Program-made: the position numbers and the translations under genes
Notes under the pieces: model-generated
The model's input: only the letters and a program-made list of their open reading frames with translations
Database searches by the model: none
Told to the model about the DNA's origin: nothing
Source: an uncultured bacterium
GTDB lineage: Bacteria; RBG-13-66-14
Direction of reading: 5' to 3'
NCBI GenBank assembly: GCA_964436465.1
Contig: CAYTCV010000004.1
Coordinates: 1,196-65,195 of the forward strand
DNA length: 64,000 bases
Part shown: piece by piece, positions 63,040 to 64,000 of the stretch
Layout: every line of letters starts with the position of its first letter
Numbering within the stretch: position 1 is the first letter of the stretch

Positions 63040-64000
63040 CTACACGAGTTCGCGGGCCTCTTCGACCAGTTCGTAAACATCGATGGTGTCGCCGATGTGT
63101 ATGTCGTCGAATCGCTCGAGACCGATGCCGCACTCGTAGCCCTCGGCGACCTCGCGCACGTCCTCCTTGAACCGCCGGAGGCTCGAGAGCCGGCCCTCGT
63201 AAACCAGCCGACCGTCCCGGACCAGCCGGGCCATGACGTTGCGCTTCACCTTGCCCGAGGTCACGTAGCAGCCGGCGATGATGCCGATTCGGGGGATGCG
63301 GAACGTCTCCCGGACCTCCGCCTGCCCCAACTCCTGCTCGCGGATTTCCGGGGCGAGCATGCCGCTCACGATGGATTTAATCTCGTCCAGGAGCTCGTAG
63401 ATTATCCGGAAGAGCTTGACCTGTACGTCCATCTTCTGAGCGAGGTTCACCGCCTTGGAATCGGGCACCACGTTGAAACCGACGACCACCGCACCGGTGG
63501 CCGCGGCCAGTTGCACGTCCGCTTCGGTCACCCCACCGACGGCGGAGTGGATGACCTCGATTTCCACCTCTTCGGAGTTGAACCGGACGAGTGAATCCCG
63601 CACGGCCTCCACGGTTCCGTTGACGTCGCCCTTGATGATGAGGGGCAGCTTGCTCGCCTCCTCGACTCCGCCGGGCTTGAGGAAATCCGCCAGGGTCTTG
63701 CGCTTTGCGCTCTCGAGCTTTTCCTCGCGGCCGGCGGACTGGCGCAGGGAGGCGATGGCGCGGGCCGTCTTCTCGTCGGAAACGGAGATGAAGGAATCGC
63801 CCGCCTCGGGGAGACCGTCGAACCCCTGGATTTCGCCGGGCGTGCCGGGCGGTATGGACTTCACCGGCCGGCCCTTGTAGTCGGTCATCAGGCGCACCTT
63901 GCCGGCCTGCGTACCGCAGACGAAGGCCTGGCCGATTTTCAGCGTTCCGTCGGTGATGATGACCGTTCCTACGCCGCCCCGGCCTCGGTCTATACGGGTT
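63040..64000 (-). CDS. infB: Translation initiation factor IF-2, C-terminal part (gene runs off window end)
   Basis: IF-2 domain II/C motifs: ...GTVEAVRDSL...VEIEVIHSAVGGVTEADVQLA...GFNVVPD...RIIYELLDEI...GQAEVRETFRIPRIGIIAGC. The ORF is open to the window edge. Confidence 0.9.
   Translation of the reverse strand, partial: TRIDRGRGGVGTVIITDGTLKIGQAFVCGTQAGKVRLMTDYKGRPVKSIPPGTPGEIQGFDGLPEAGDSFISVSDEKTARAIASLRQSAGREEKLESAKRKTLADFLKPGGVEEASKLPLIIKGDVNGTVEAVRDSLVRFNSEEVEIEVIHSAVGGVTEADVQLAAATGAVVVGFNVVPDSKAVNLAQKMDVQVKLFRIIYELLDEIKSIVSGMLAPEIREQELGQAEVRETFRIPRIGIIAGCYVTSGKVKRNVMARLVRDGRLVYEGRLSSLRRFKEDVREVAEGYECGIGLERFDDIHIGDTIDVYELVEEARELV

Noticed and set aside
1-64000. CRISPR arrays, rRNA/tRNA genes, IS elements or integrases
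   Set aside because: No direct-repeat/spacer periodicity, no rRNA-like conserved blocks, no tRNA cloverleaf-like segments noticed in intergenic regions, and no transposase/integrase-like ORFs. Absence judged by eye only; tRNAscan/ARAGORN/Rfam should confirm.

Overview
High-GC (mid-60s % by eye) bacterial chromosomal segment with dense, mostly co-directional coding. Most calls are housekeeping genes read directly from the ORF translations. The window spans the likely replication origin: an AT-rich region at 33062-33498 with DnaA boxes lies between divergent waaA (kdtA) and dnaA. Housekeeping calls include a ComM/YifB partial gene, an XRE regulator, Fur, a flavodoxin, leuS, the pyrR-pyrB-pyrC operon, def-fmt, fabF-acpP, mtnA, a BMP lipoprotein, waaA, dnaA, hutU, dtd, bcp, miaA and an infB partial gene. 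Accessory-looking content: (1) a TetR-controlled MMPL/RND exporter with a LolA-like lipoprotein-sorting protein and a putative outer-membrane protein; (2) an M1 metallopeptidase and an S8 subtilase that share the same ~57-aa C-terminal sorting-type domain; (3) three TonB C-terminal-domain proteins with no ExbB/ExbD in the window; (4) a tandem pair of paralogous ArnT/PMT-like (GT-C-like) polytopic membrane proteins in a cluster with a secreted protein, an OFA-family MFS transporter and a SAM methyltransferase; (5) an oxidative-stress-like island of two ferritin-like (Dps-like) proteins plus two tandem DUF1858 CxxC mini-proteins, with an unusually AT-rich regulatory spacer; (6) a B12-binding radical SAM gene translationally coupled to a 76-aa protein of unknown function, divergent from an MFS-bcp pair; (7) a promoter, a ~200-nt transcribed region and an intrinsic terminator immediately upstream of leuS (candidate cis-regulatory leader or sRNA). 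No rRNA, tRNA, CRISPR array or obvious mobile element was recognised by eye. Many long ORFs in the track are GC-driven antisense artefacts.
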